DNA from: Gemmata obscuriglobus
Lineage (GTDB): Bacteria; Planctomycetota; Planctomycetia; Gemmatales; Gemmataceae
DNA length: 32,000 nt
Reading direction: 5' to 3'
Assembly (NCBI RefSeq): GCF_008065095.1
Contig: NZ_CP042911.1
Location: forward strand, 1,470,001-1,502,000
Position 1 is the stretch's first letter. Each line of letters starts with the position of its first letter. Of the stretch, positions 15,266-24,906 are shown one piece after another. The notes below the pieces were generated by a model, which was given only the letters and a program-made list of their open reading frames with translations, did no database searches and was not told the DNA's origin. Made by a program: the position numbers and the translations under genes.

Positions 15266-16558
15266 CTACCCCATCGCCCGCGCCACTTCGATTTTCGCCT
15301 GCCTCTTCGGATCGACGTGAACGTAGACCGCTGCCGCCACGGCCTCCGAGTCTCCAATTGCCGCCGCCGCGTGCGTCAAGCTCCGGAACCGCTCTGCAAC
15401 AGCCGTTGCCAGCGCGTGCCGCAACTGGTGCGGTGTCCACACGGGCACACCAGCTTTCACCGCCGCGAGCTTCACGGTAGCGCGGTAACAGTCGCGGTCG
15501 ATCGGGAACACCTTCTCGCCCGGCTTAGTCGCGGCGAGGTGCGGCCGGAGCAGCTCGACGGCTTGCGGCCCGAGGAAGTATTCTTGCCCCTGTCCGCGGT
15601 GTAGGTTCTTGTTCGCCTTGCCCACCTCGTAGCACCACACATCGCCCCTTTGGTCGATCTCCTCCGGCACCATCGCGCACACCTCGCCCGGCCGCATACC
15701 CGTGAGCCTCTGTAGCCTCACCATCGCGACGACACGCGAACGGCGCTCCGGGGAGCGGTTGGGGATGCACGCTAGCGCGGACTCAATTTGCGCGTCCGTG
15801 GTCGGCTTACGGCGCTGCCGATCCGGCGCCTTCGTGCGTCCCGGCGCAAGCCTCTCCACCAATTTCAGTGTGTTGTAGACCGTCTCGGACACAAGGGATT
15901 GTGCGGCACACCAGCGGAAGCACCGGACAATTCGAGCGGTGTACGAATTGCACACGCCGCGGGTGAGGCCGCCGTTTACAAACTCCTCGCGGCAAACGCG
16001 GAGCATGGCGGGTTTGAAATCTTGGGCGGGTGTGTTGCCGTACAAGCTAACCGCAACGCGGGCCGCCGCGCGGACGTGGGTCAACTCGCTCGTCTGCTCA
16101 CCGCCTTTGACGTAATGCCGCTCGCAGTGAGATACCCAGGCTTTGAACAGGCTCGCGACAGAAGTGCCGTCCGGTCCACCAGCCGCGATGAGGGTTTCGT
16201 AGGCACCGCTTGCCCACTCTGCGGCAAACCGCCGGTAGGCTGTTGCCGCTTCCGCGCTGCCGTACTTTCCGAAGTACCGTTCATGCCGCCGGCCGTTTGC
16301 TTTCCATCGGCAGTATGCTCGCCCTGATGGGTGGCGCTTGTACTCTGGGCACGCGCGAGGAACGCCAGCCTTCGGCCGCCCGCGCCGGCCCCGCGATTTC
16401 GCGGGTGTGTTCAGCGCTCGTGCCGTGTCCCACCCAAGCTGGTGAATCCGCGTCCATACCGTGTACGGCGAAATCTGGCGAATCCTCGCCCACTCCGCGA
16501 GCGTACGAGACTCTCCATCGAGTTCGAAAAGGGGAGACTTCGGCATTTTGCACCTCAT
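15266..16558 (-). CDS. int: tyrosine site-specific recombinase (phage integrase family)
   Basis: C-terminal catalytic pattern RLTGMRPGEVCAM...HQLRHALATAV...AAAVYVHV (R...HxxR...Y). Adjacent to attR. Alternative ATG at 16546. Confidence 0.9.
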   Translation of the reverse strand: MRCKMPKSPLFELDGESRTLAEWARIRQISPYTVWTRIHQLGWDTARALNTPAKSRGRRGRPKAGVPRACPEYKRHPSGRAYCRWKANGRRHERYFGKYGSAEAATAYRRFAAEWASGAYETLIAAGGPDGTSVASLFKAWVSHCERHYVKGGEQTSELTHVRAAARVAVSLYGNTPAQDFKPAMLRVCREEFVNGGLTRGVCNSYTARIVRCFRWCAAQSLVSETVYNTLKLVERLAPGRTKAPDRQRRKPTTDAQIESALACIPNRSPERRSRVVAMVRLQRLTGMRPGEVCAMVPEEIDQRGDVWCYEVGKANKNLHRGQGQEYFLGPQAVELLRPHLAATKPGEKVFPIDRDCYRATVKLAAVKAGVPVWTPHQLRHALATAVAERFRSLTHAAAAIGDSEAVAAAVYVHVDPKRQAKIEVARAMG

Positions 16559-16681
16559 TTTGAAAGGGTGAGTGCAATCCGATGCCGCTTGCGTGCTGTC
16601 TCAAAATGGCGGGCGCTGCCACCCCTCACATTTGGCCACTAGCGTATGAAACGCTAGAATTCCTAGCGAATTGAGGGGCTT

Positions 16682-16707
16682 ATGATTCACTTCCGGTGCT
16701 GGTTCTG
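16682..16707. repeat. attR core: second copy of the 26-bp direct repeat
   Basis: Identical to 1248..1273. Here it supplies codons 1-8 and part of codon 9 of CDS 16682..17038. Confidence 0.85.
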
Positions 16708-17038
16708 TAACCGCGCGTTCGTGAAACCCGACGAGCAGGTCGGCGCGCGGTTCGAGTGCGGGTGCGGGCGCCGGGTGAAGGTGCCGAAGCGGTCCGGCGG
16801 GGCCAGCCGGTCGCTCTCGCCCCTCGATCGGCTGCTCGAGGCGCTCGTCTACGGCGGCGCGGGCGCGCTGATCGGGTTCGCGCTGAGCGTGGCCGTACTG
16901 TCGCGGCTGGTGGTGTTCCGCCGGCCCGCCGAGGTCATCGCCGCGGCGACCGTGCTCGGGTTCGTGACGGGCACCGTGTTCGGCGAGCGCGGCATCAACT
17001 GGCTCGGCCAGAAGCTCCGCGACCGCGAGAACGCGTGA
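16682..17038 (+). CDS. zinc-ribbon protein with C-terminal membrane helices (integration target gene)
   Basis: MIHFRCWFCNRAF...FECGCGRRVKVP zinc ribbon, plus hydrophobic helices GAGALIGFALSVAVL and VIAAATVLGFVTGTVF. Confidence 0.7.
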   Translation: MIHFRCWFCNRAFVKPDEQVGARFECGCGRRVKVPKRSGGASRSLSPLDRLLEALVYGGAGALIGFALSVAVLSRLVVFRRPAEVIAAATVLGFVTGTVFGERGINWLGQKLRDRENA

Positions 17039-17403
17039 CGCGGTCGCCGCCGCGCCCGCCGTTCCGGATCAGGCACTTCCCGCCGGGGCTGAGGGCCGCA
17101 GTCATAGGGGCCGCCCCGATGCCTCAGAGCGTGGGCGGAGATCCCCCGCCCGGCGGGCGAGTACCGCCCAACCGCGCGTGCGTGTGGTTCCCGGCCCGAA
17201 GGCGGTGCGCGGAATTTGCGCGGCTCCAACGCCTGGAAATTCCAGTCTTTTCTCTCAGCTCGCTCGTCCGCATCCGGTCCCGCGCTCGTCCCGGCGTCCG
17301 GTTTGCGTTAGGGCCGGGCGGCTCCGGCACGCTTCCCGAACCGTGACCGCTCGCGCCACCCGGCCGGACCGCAACGGCGCGGGCCGTCACACGCACAACG
17401 GAG

Positions 17404-18228
17404 ATGATCATGCGATTCACCCCCGGCCGGCTTCTCGCGCCGGCCCTGTTCCTGGCCACCGGCTTACTGGTGGTCACCGGCGGGGCCGCCGGCCAGCCCG
17501 CCAAGGACAAAGAACCTGGCAAGGAGAAGAAGGACAAGGACAAGGGGCCGAAAGGCGGACCCGAAAAGGGCGCGAAGGAGTTGCGGAAGGCGTTCGACGG
17601 GATCACCGAGATCGCCCAGACGGCTCCGGCGGGCAAGGACGCCGCGCGGCTCCTGGAGCACGCGAAGGCGTTCTACCGGGCCGCACTGACGGCGCACCCC
17701 GATGACCCGCGCCGGGCGGGCGAACTCGCGCTCGCCGTCAACGACGCCGTTCGTGGCCTCGAACACCTGCGGCGGTCCTCGTTCCAGCCGGTCGCCGGGG
17801 TGCCCGAACCGCCGCTCGACCGCGACGGCCCGCCGGCACCGAAGGACGGCCCGAAGGGCAAGGGCGCGCCCCCGCCGCCGAAGGACGGCCCGAAGGGCCG
17901 CGACAACGCCCCGGCCGAACGCGGGCCGTGGTCCCCGTCGCTCGACGCGCTCACGGCCCTCCAGGATCAGCTCGCGGGCACCGACGCGCCGCCGAAGGGG
18001 GCGGGGCGGGATTTCTTCGAGACCGCGAAAAGTGCGTACCGCCAGGCCCGCACCGCTTACGAGACGGGCGACTACCGCAAGGCGGCCGAGCTTGCGCGGG
18101 CGGCCGACGCCTGGCTGCGGGTGAACGAGCACCTCGCCCGCGCCGAGTGGGACGGCGCCGGGGGGCCGCCCGCGGCACCCGAACCAAAAGGCAAGGGCGC
18201 GCCTCCGTTGCCGCCCATCAAGGACTGA
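17404..18228 (+). CDS. secreted hypothetical protein with internal repeats
   Basis: Signal-peptide-like N-terminus MIMRFTPGRLLAPALFLATGLLVV. Duplicated helical segments (AKAFYRAALTAHPDDPRRAGELA / AKSAYRQARTAYETGDYRKAAELA). Lys/Gly/Pro-rich linkers. Confidence 0.7.
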   Translation: MIMRFTPGRLLAPALFLATGLLVVTGGAAGQPAKDKEPGKEKKDKDKGPKGGPEKGAKELRKAFDGITEIAQTAPAGKDAARLLEHAKAFYRAALTAHPDDPRRAGELALAVNDAVRGLEHLRRSSFQPVAGVPEPPLDRDGPPAPKDGPKGKGAPPPPKDGPKGRDNAPAERGPWSPSLDALTALQDQLAGTDAPPKGAGRDFFETAKSAYRQARTAYETGDYRKAAELARAADAWLRVNEHLARAEWDGAGGPPAAPEPKGKGAPPLPPIKD

Positions 18229-18302
18229 GCCACGCCCGCCGGGCGCGCCGCCCGTTCGGCGCGCCCCTCTTCACCACCCGAACCGCCAAAGGAGCCTGAC
18301 TC

Positions 18303-18839
18303 GTGGGCAAGCATCGCAACCCCGCCGGATCCGAAACCCGACCGCTTGCCGGCACGGTCCGCCAGCACAACTTCAGCCCGAAGGGCGAGATCGAGGGCGT
18401 GCTCCTCGACACCGATTCCGGCCCGGTTCAGGTGAACTTTCTGCACGGGCCAGGAACTTCCGCCCGCCCCGTGCCGACGCCGGGCGCGCCCCTTCGCCTG
18501 ATCGTCGCACCGAACCACCGGGCCGCCGACCACGCCCCCGGCGACCACCCCGTGTACGAGTTCGTCGCCGACGCCGACACCCCGGAACCGGCCGCGGCGC
18601 CGGTCGCCGAAGGGGTCGTGACGCGCCTGAACTACGCGCGGCACGGCGAGCCGAACGGGGTGGTCCTGGACACCGGCGACTTCGTTCACCTGAAGCCGCA
18701 CGGCATGCGGCAGGTGGCGCTCGCCGTCGGCACCCGCGTGGCGGCCGAGGGAACCGCACGGCCGACCGTCACCGGTCACCGGGTGATCGAAGCGACCGTC
18801 GTCAACGGCACCAAACTCGCCCACGGCGGCCGGCACTGA
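18303..18839 (+). CDS. hypothetical protein with an internal duplication
   Basis: GTG start. Repeated segment NFSPKGEIEGVLLDTDSGPVQVNF / NYARHGEPNGVVLDTGDFVHLKP. Confidence 0.6.
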   Translation: MGKHRNPAGSETRPLAGTVRQHNFSPKGEIEGVLLDTDSGPVQVNFLHGPGTSARPVPTPGAPLRLIVAPNHRAADHAPGDHPVYEFVADADTPEPAAAPVAEGVVTRLNYARHGEPNGVVLDTGDFVHLKPHGMRQVALAVGTRVAAEGTARPTVTGHRVIEATVVNGTKLAHGGRH

Positions 18840-18885
18840 CGCCCGACCGCGGATCTGTTCGCCGCACCATCTACTGGAGCCACAC

Positions 18886-20106
18886 GTGTCAACCGTCGCC
18901 GGACCGCCGACCGCACCGACCTTTGTTCCGGGAGCTGCCCTGCGCGACCGGGTCGGGCTGAACGCGGCCAACTTCTTTCTCGCCGAACTCACCGGCGTGA
19001 TCATGCCGTTCCTGGCGAAGCTGCTGGCCGGGGACGGGTGGCGCGACGATGCGATCCAGTTCACCGCCGCCGCGTGCGGTCTCGGCGTGTTCCTCATGCA
19101 GACGCCCGCCGGCGTCCTGACCGATCGCGTCCGCAACCGCCGGCTCCTGCTCGCGGCGGCGTCGCTCGCGGTCGGCGCCTGCTTCGGTGTCCTGCCGCTG
19201 GTGCCCGCGACCGGGTGGGCGGTCGGGCCGCTCGTGTTCGTCGGCGGCGCGGCGCAGGCGTTCTTCGTTCCCCTTCTGGGCGCCCTGGCGCTGGGGCTCG
19301 CGGGGCACACGGCCCTGCACCGGGTGATGGGTGAGAACCAGGGGTGGAACCACGCGGGTAACATCGCCGCCGCCCTGACCGCGATGGCGGTGGCGAGCTG
19401 GCTCGGGCTGAGTGCCGTGTTCTACACCGTTGCGGCCGTGTCCGTGCTGGCCGCGGCGAGCGTGTTTCTGATCCGCCCGGGCGACCGCGCGAACGAACCC
19501 GCGGCGCGGACCCGAGCCGGGGCGGGCCTCCGCGACCTGTTCCGCGACCGGCGGGTGCTCGTGCTGTTCGCGTCGGTGGCCCTGTTCCACCTGGCGAACG
19601 CGCCGGTGATGCCCCTGGTGGGCCAGTACATCGCCCGGCTCGGCGGCTCGGACACGCAGGTGGCTGCCGTCGTGCTCGTCGCGCAGGTGGTGATGGTGCC
19701 GGTCGCGGTGCTCGCGGGGCGCTGGTGCCACACGTGGGGCCGCAAGCCGGTCTTCGCGGTCGGGTTCGTGGCGCTGCCGGTCCGCATCCTCCTCTACTCG
19801 TTCACGTCCGACCCGTGGGTGCTGGTCGCGCTCCAGGTGTTCGACGGGATCGGGGCCGGCATTTACGGCGTGGTCGTGGCGGTGGTGTGCGCCGACCTCA
19901 CCCGCGGGCGGGGCGGGTTCAACGCGCTCCAGGGTCTGCTCGCGACCGCGCTGGCGGTGGGCGGGGTGCTCGGCCCGCTCGTCGCCGGCCCACTGGTTCA
20001 GCACCTTGGGTTCGCGCCCGCGTTCCGGGCGTTCGCCGCCGCCGCCGCCGCTGGCGCGGTCGTGTTCCTCACCCTCATGCCCGAAACGAAGGAGGGCGAT
20101 CAGTGA
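18886..20106 (+). CDS. MFS transporter
   Basis: 406 aa, about 12 hydrophobic helices. MFS loop motif GVLTDRVRNRRLLL. Confidence 0.85.
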   Translation: MSTVAGPPTAPTFVPGAALRDRVGLNAANFFLAELTGVIMPFLAKLLAGDGWRDDAIQFTAAACGLGVFLMQTPAGVLTDRVRNRRLLLAAASLAVGACFGVLPLVPATGWAVGPLVFVGGAAQAFFVPLLGALALGLAGHTALHRVMGENQGWNHAGNIAAALTAMAVASWLGLSAVFYTVAAVSVLAAASVFLIRPGDRANEPAARTRAGAGLRDLFRDRRVLVLFASVALFHLANAPVMPLVGQYIARLGGSDTQVAAVVLVAQVVMVPVAVLAGRWCHTWGRKPVFAVGFVALPVRILLYSFTSDPWVLVALQVFDGIGAGIYGVVVAVVCADLTRGRGGFNALQGLLATALAVGGVLGPLVAGPLVQHLGFAPAFRAFAAAAAAGAVVFLTLMPETKEGDQ

Positions 20107-20109
20107 ACA

Positions 20110-20598
20110 CCTCCACACTCGCCCCGCGGAACCGGGCCGCACTGCGCGGCGCGTACTTCTCGTGTGGGTGCTGGCCGCCGTCGCAGGGCTGGTGCAGTTC
20201 CCCGTCGGGCTGTGGTCCGACCGCGTCGGTGTCCGCAAGCCGTTCCTCGTCGGCGACCCCGCGGTGCTGGCGGCCGCGACCGCCCCGGTCCGGTTTGTGC
20301 GGCTCAACAACCAGGAGGCGCGCCCGGTGGGGCTTTCGGCCGGGCGTGCACGTGGTTCCGGTCGGAGGTCGACGCGGCCCGAGCGGCGGGCGAGCGGGTC
20401 GTGGTGTTTCAGCACAACTACCCGTACCAAATCTGGGAGGACTTCGCCGGGCCGGGTGCCGACGAGTTCCGGGTGCGGGTGTGGTCGGCCGAACCGGTCC
20501 GGGCGGCCGGGCTGTGCGTGGACGGTGGCGCGTGGACGGGCCGCTACACCGCCGTGCCGGTGGTCCGTCCGCTGGTGACATCAACCGCTTTCTGCTGA
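20110..20598 (+). pseudogene. mosaic of gene fragments (MFS N-terminal fragment + metallophosphoesterase-like fragment)
   Basis: One frame reads VLLVWVLAAVAGLVQFPVGLWSDRVGVRKPFLVG (MFS TM2-loop motif). Another reads WFRSEVDAARAAGERVVVFQHNYPYQIW (phosphoesterase-like). No single long coherent ORF. Confidence 0.3.
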
Positions 20599-20614
20599 GC
20601 GAAATGGAGGAGCC

Positions 20615-21877
20615 GTGTCGGGAAGTGCCGCTCTTTGGCTGACGCTGTTGTGGTTCGGGCTGACCTATTTGGGGCTGGCCCTCGGCCGGGTGCCGTGGCT
20701 GCGCACCGACCGGACCGGGGTCGCGCTGGTCGGGGCGGCCGGTGTGCTGGCGTGTGGCCTGTTGTCGTTCGACGAGGCGGTGAAGGCGGTCGACTTCGCC
20801 ACCATCGCGCTGCTCCTCGGCATGATGGTGGTGGTCGCGTTCCTGCGCCGCGCCGGGTTCTTCGCCCGGCTCTCCGGCTTCGCCCTCGGCCGGGTGCGGT
20901 CGCCGAAAGGGCTGCTGGCGGTCACGATGATCCTCTCCGGCACCCTCTCCGCCGTCCTGGTGAACGACGTGGTGTGTCTGGCGCTGACCCCGCTCGTGGT
21001 GCACCTCACGCGCCGGCTGGGGCTGGACCCGCGCCCGCACCTGGTGGGCCTCGCGGTGGCGAGCAACCTCGGCTCGGCCGCGACCCTGACCGGGAACCCG
21101 CAGAACATGATCATCGGCGGGCTGTCGGGCATCTCGTACCTCCGGTTCGCCGCCAAGCTCGCCCCCGCCGCCCTCATCGGCCTGCTCATCGGGTACGTCG
21201 TGGTGCTGGCGGCCTACCGCACCGCGCTGAGGGCGAAGGACGCGGGCGGGCGCGCGCCGGAGCCGACCGGGAAACCCGACCGCGTCCCCGCCGGGCGGCG
21301 GCACACGGCGCTCCTCGTGAAGGGCATCGTGGTGACGGGCGCGGCCGTCGCCCTGTTCTTCGCCGGGCACACGATGGCGGTGGTCGCGCTCGGCGCGGCG
21401 GCCGTGCTGCTCCTCGACCGGGTGAACCCGGCGAAGGTGTACGGCCACATCGACTGGGGCCTGCTGCTCATGTTCGCGGGGCTGTTCGTCGTGGTCCGGG
21501 CGTTCGAGGTCCACGTCCTTTCGGTGTCCGGGGTGGACGGGTGGGCGGCCCGGGCGGACCCGGTGTGGGCGCTGTCGGGGCTGTCGGCGGTGCTGTCGAA
21601 CGTGGTCTCGAACGTGCCCGCGGTGCTGCTGTTCAAGCCGGTGGTCGCGGCGATGCCGGAGGCGGCCCGCGAGACCGCGTGGCTGGCGCTGGCGCTCTCC
21701 AGCACGTTCGCCGGGAACCTGACCGTTCTCGGCTCGGTGGCGAACCTGATCGTGGTCGAGCAGGCGCGGAAGGAAGGCGTTACCATCGGGTTCTGGGACT
21801 ACTGCCGGGTCGGCGTCCCGGTCACGCTCCTGACGCTCGTGGTCGGCGCGGCGTGGCTGGCCGTCGCGCGGTACTAA
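20615..21877 (+). CDS. ArsB/NhaD-superfamily anion permease
   Basis: 420 aa, polytopic. GNPQNMIIG and FAGNLTVLGSVANLIV motifs typical of the ArsB/NhaD/CitMHS permease fold. Confidence 0.8.
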   Translation: MSGSAALWLTLLWFGLTYLGLALGRVPWLRTDRTGVALVGAAGVLACGLLSFDEAVKAVDFATIALLLGMMVVVAFLRRAGFFARLSGFALGRVRSPKGLLAVTMILSGTLSAVLVNDVVCLALTPLVVHLTRRLGLDPRPHLVGLAVASNLGSAATLTGNPQNMIIGGLSGISYLRFAAKLAPAALIGLLIGYVVVLAAYRTALRAKDAGGRAPEPTGKPDRVPAGRRHTALLVKGIVVTGAAVALFFAGHTMAVVALGAAAVLLLDRVNPAKVYGHIDWGLLLMFAGLFVVVRAFEVHVLSVSGVDGWAARADPVWALSGLSAVLSNVVSNVPAVLLFKPVVAAMPEAARETAWLALALSSTFAGNLTVLGSVANLIVVEQARKEGVTIGFWDYCRVGVPVTLLTLVVGAAWLAVARY

Positions 21878-21892
21878 CGGGGGCGGGGCGCT

Positions 21893-23335
21893 ATGGGCCG
21901 GGCGCGGGTGGTCGTCGTGGTGCTGGTGTTCGTGGTGTCCCTCGCGGCCCTGGCGGCCAGCAGCGCGCTGGCCCTGTGGCAGGGCACCGACGAGCTGGCG
22001 ACCCGCGACCAGCTCCGCGCCGCCGCCACCGACCTCGCGGCGGCCCTCCCCGAACTCCCCCCGGACCGCCCGGGCGCCGTCCTGCCCGAGCCCGACAACC
22101 GGCGGCTCGCGGAGGCCGCCCGGCGCGTGCTGGCGAACTACCCCGGCGCGGAGGGCGGGTTCTACTTCACCGCCTCGGACCAGTTCGCCGGGGCCGTGGT
22201 CGGCGGGTCCGGGAACGGGGACGGCGAGAAGAAGGACAAGAAAAAGGGCGACCATAAGAAATCGTTCCCGAAAGAGGACGAGGGCCGGCCCAGCGGGGCA
22301 GTTGCGGTCCGGCGGGAGCCGCCCCCGCTGGAAACCGCGTCCATCCGCCAGCAGTGCCGCGAGGCCGCGCGCGCCGAGGCCGGGTGGCCGCCGGCGGTGG
22401 AGGTCCGCGACGTGGGGCCGAGCCGGGTCGCCGTGGCCGCGGCGGGCGTCGGCGGGGAGCGGCCGGCCCGCGCGGCCGTGTGGGTCATGGTCCGGCTCAC
22501 CGGCCCGGAGCAGCAGAAGACCCGGCTCGGGCGGCTCCAACTGGCGACCGGCCTGTCGCTCGGCGGCGTCCTCCTGGCCCTGACGCTGGCCGGCTGGCTG
22601 GTCGGCTCCCTGCGGGCCGAGGCCCGGCGGCGCGAGCGCCTCGGGGAGGAGTTGCGGAAGTCGGAACACCTCGCGGCGCTGGGCCGGCTGCTCGCGGGCG
22701 TGGCCCACGAGGTCCGCAACCCGCTGACCGCGATCCGCTCGACCGTGCAACTGTGGGAGCGGCTGCCCGCCGCGGCCCGCACCCCGGAGTCGCTGGCCGC
22801 GGTGGTCGGCTCGGTGGACCGCATCAACGAGCTGGTCGGCCGGCTGCTCCTGTTCGCCCGCGCCGGGCACGAGGCCCGCCGCCCCGTGGACCTGAACGCC
22901 GTCACGGCCGAGACGCTCGAACTGGTCCGCGCCCGCGCGGACGCCCTGGGCGTGGCGCTCGAACCGGACCTCGCCCCGGGGCTGCCGCCGGTGCCCGGCG
23001 CGGCCCAGGCCGTCGGCCAGGTGGTGCTGAACCTCGTGACCAACGCGCTCCAGGCGATGCCCGCCGGCGGGCGCCTGACATGCCGCACCCGCGCGACCGG
23101 CGGGCGCGTCGAACTGGCCGTGACCGACACCGGTCCGGGCGTCCCGCCGGAGGCGCGCGACCGCGCCTTCGAGCCGTTCTTCACCACCCGCGCCGACGGC
23201 ACCGGGCTGGGCCTGGCCCTGTGCCGCGAGGTCGCCCGGCAGCACGGCGGCGACGTGACCCTGGACCCGCCGGGCGGCGCCGGCGCGACGTTCCGGCTCA
23301 CGCTCCCACTCGCACCGAGCGGAGGACTCACATGA
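21893..23335 (+). CDS. sensor histidine kinase (NtrB/AtoS-like)
   Basis: N-terminal TM helix. H-box LLAGVAHEVRNPLTAI. N box and G boxes NLVTNALQAMP, DTGPGVPPE, GTGLGLALC. Confidence 0.85.
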   Translation: MGRARVVVVVLVFVVSLAALAASSALALWQGTDELATRDQLRAAATDLAAALPELPPDRPGAVLPEPDNRRLAEAARRVLANYPGAEGGFYFTASDQFAGAVVGGSGNGDGEKKDKKKGDHKKSFPKEDEGRPSGAVAVRREPPPLETASIRQQCREAARAEAGWPPAVEVRDVGPSRVAVAAAGVGGERPARAAVWVMVRLTGPEQQKTRLGRLQLATGLSLGGVLLALTLAGWLVGSLRAEARRRERLGEELRKSEHLAALGRLLAGVAHEVRNPLTAIRSTVQLWERLPAAARTPESLAAVVGSVDRINELVGRLLLFARAGHEARRPVDLNAVTAETLELVRARADALGVALEPDLAPGLPPVPGAAQAVGQVVLNLVTNALQAMPAGGRLTCRTRATGGRVELAVTDTGPGVPPEARDRAFEPFFTTRADGTGLGLALCREVARQHGGDVTLDPPGGAGATFRLTLPLAPSGGLT

Positions 23336-24711
23336 GCCGGCACGCGCAAACGGTCCTGGTCGCCGACGACGACCCCGCGACCCGCTCGAACCTCGCGCTG
23401 CTGCTTCGCTCGGAGGGCTACCGCGTGGTCGAGGCGGCCGACGGCGACGCGGCGGCCGCGGCGCTGGCCGACCCGGCCGTCGCGGCCGCGCTGCTCGACC
23501 TCCGAATGCCCAAGCGCGACGGCCTCGCGGTCCTCCGCGCGCACGCCGACCGGCTGGACGAGGTGCCGGTGGTGGTCGTCACGGCCTACGGCGGCAGTTC
23601 GGCCGCAATCGAGGCGATGAAGCTCGGCGCCTACGACTACCTGACCAAGCCGTTCGACCTGGACGAGGTGCTGTTCACTGTCCGCCGGGCGCTCACGCAG
23701 CGGTCCCTCGTGGCCCAGGTGCAGGCGCTGTCCGCCGACCCGCTGCGCGACGACCCCGACCCGGACGAGGACGAGCTGGTGGGCCGCTCGCCGGCGATGG
23801 TCGCGGTGTTCAAGGCCGTCGGGCTGGTCGCCCCGGCCGACGAGCCGGTGCTGGTGCTGGGCGAGAGCGGCACCGGCAAGGAACTGGTCGCCAACGCGAT
23901 CCACCGGAACTCGCACCGCGCCGCCGGGGCGTTCGTCAAGGTGAACTGCGCGGCCCTGAGCCCGACGCTCCTGGAGAGCGAGCTGTTCGGGCACGAGAAG
24001 GGCGCGTTCACCGGGGCGGTGGCCCGGCGCCGGGGCCGGTTCGAGCAGGCCCACGGCGGGACGCTGTTCCTCGACGAGGTGGGCGAGCTGGGGCTCGACC
24101 TCCAGGCGAAACTGCTCCGGGTGCTCCAGAGCGGCACGTTCGACCGCGTGGGCGGCGAGGAGACCCTGACGGCCGACGTGCGGGTGGTGGCCGCCACCAA
24201 CCGCGACCTCAAGGCGCGGGCCGCGGCCGGCGAGTTCCGCGAGGACCTGTACTACCGGCTCGACGTGGTCGCGGTCACGCTCCCGCCCCTGCGCGAGCGC
24301 CGGGACGACATCCCGCTCCTGACCGACCACATCGTGAAGCAGTTGTCCCGGAAGCACGGGTGGCCGGGCCTGGCCGTCGCCCCGGAGGCGGTCGCGGCGC
24401 TGACCCGGCGGGACTGGCCGGGGAACGTCCGCGAGCTGCGCAACGCGCTGGCGCGGGCCGCGATCCACGCGCGGGGTCGCGTCGTGCGCACCGAACACCT
24501 CGCCGGCGACCACGAGGCCGGCGCGATCCCCGCCCCCGCGCCGGGCGCCGACCCGCTCGACCTGCGGGCCGCGGTGGCCGAGACCGAGCGGCGGGTGATC
24601 CGCCAGGCCCTCGAGCAGGCCGACGGGAACCGCACCCGCGCCGCCAAGCTGCTCGGCATCAGCCGCCGCCAACTGTTCGAGAAGACGCGCGCCTACGGCC
24701 TCGACCGGTGA
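23332..24711 (+). CDS. sigma54-dependent response regulator (NtrC family)
   Basis: ATG overlaps the kinase stop (ATGA). Receiver VLVADDD...[14 protein letters not shown]+ Walker [15 protein letters not shown] loop. C-terminal Fis-type [19 protein letters not shown]. Confidence 0.9.
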   Translation: MSRHAQTVLVADDDPATRSNLALLLRSEGYRVVEAADGDAAAAALADPAVAAALLDLRMPKRDGLAVLRAHADRLDEVPVVVVTAYGGSSAAIEAMKLGAYDYLTKPFDLDEVLFTVRRALTQRSLVAQVQALSADPLRDDPDPDEDELVGRSPAMVAVFKAVGLVAPADEPVLVLGESGTGKELVANAIHRNSHRAAGAFVKVNCAALSPTLLESELFGHEKGAFTGAVARRRGRFEQAHGGTLFLDEVGELGLDLQAKLLRVLQSGTFDRVGGEETLTADVRVVAATNRDLKARAAAGEFREDLYYRLDVVAVTLPPLRERRDDIPLLTDHIVKQLSRKHGWPGLAVAPEAVAALTRRDWPGNVRELRNALARAAIHARGRVVRTEHLAGDHEAGAIPAPAPGADPLDLRAAVAETERRVIRQALEQADGNRTRAAKLLGISRRQLFEKTRAYGLDR

Positions 24712-24714
24712 CCG

Positions 24715-24739
24715 GGTCGGGCGGGCGGCGCACCCGACC
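24715..24739 (+). terminator. possible stem-loop terminator after the NtrC-family gene
   Basis: GGTCGGG (24715..24721) pairs with CCCGACC (24733..24739), directly after the stop. No U-tract, hence low confidence. Confidence 0.25.
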
Positions 24740-24906
24740 ACCGGCGCGTGCTGCCGCGTGGACCGGCCCGCCGGATTGCTGACCGCGTCGGGCGTCTTCG
24801 GTTTCCGAACCGCCTGCGACTTGTTAGACTTGGCCATGCGGCACCTCGGCTCGAACGGGTCCGGTGTCGTCGCCCGGGCGGTCGCGGACCGCCGAACGGT
24901 AGCCCC

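Larger units (their letters stand above)
1248..16707. mobile_element. Integrative phage-like element (prophage remnant or phage satellite), ~15.46 kb
   Basis: 26-bp direct repeats at both ends. Tyrosine integrase next to attR. Excisionase-type HTH, XRE switch, HK97-type prohead protease, HNH endonuclease and sigma factor inside. Composition visibly less GC-rich than the flanks. Confidence 0.8.

Noticed and set aside
20075-23245. 1056-aa ORF on the minus strand. Similar giants at 22162..25266, 18889..20430 and 18072..19364.
   Set aside because: They lie antisense to well-supported genes (permease, kinase, NtrC activator, MFS). Their translations are Arg/Pro/Gly/His-rich low-complexity strings typical of stop-poor frames in high-GC DNA. 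One even runs through the tRNA gene.
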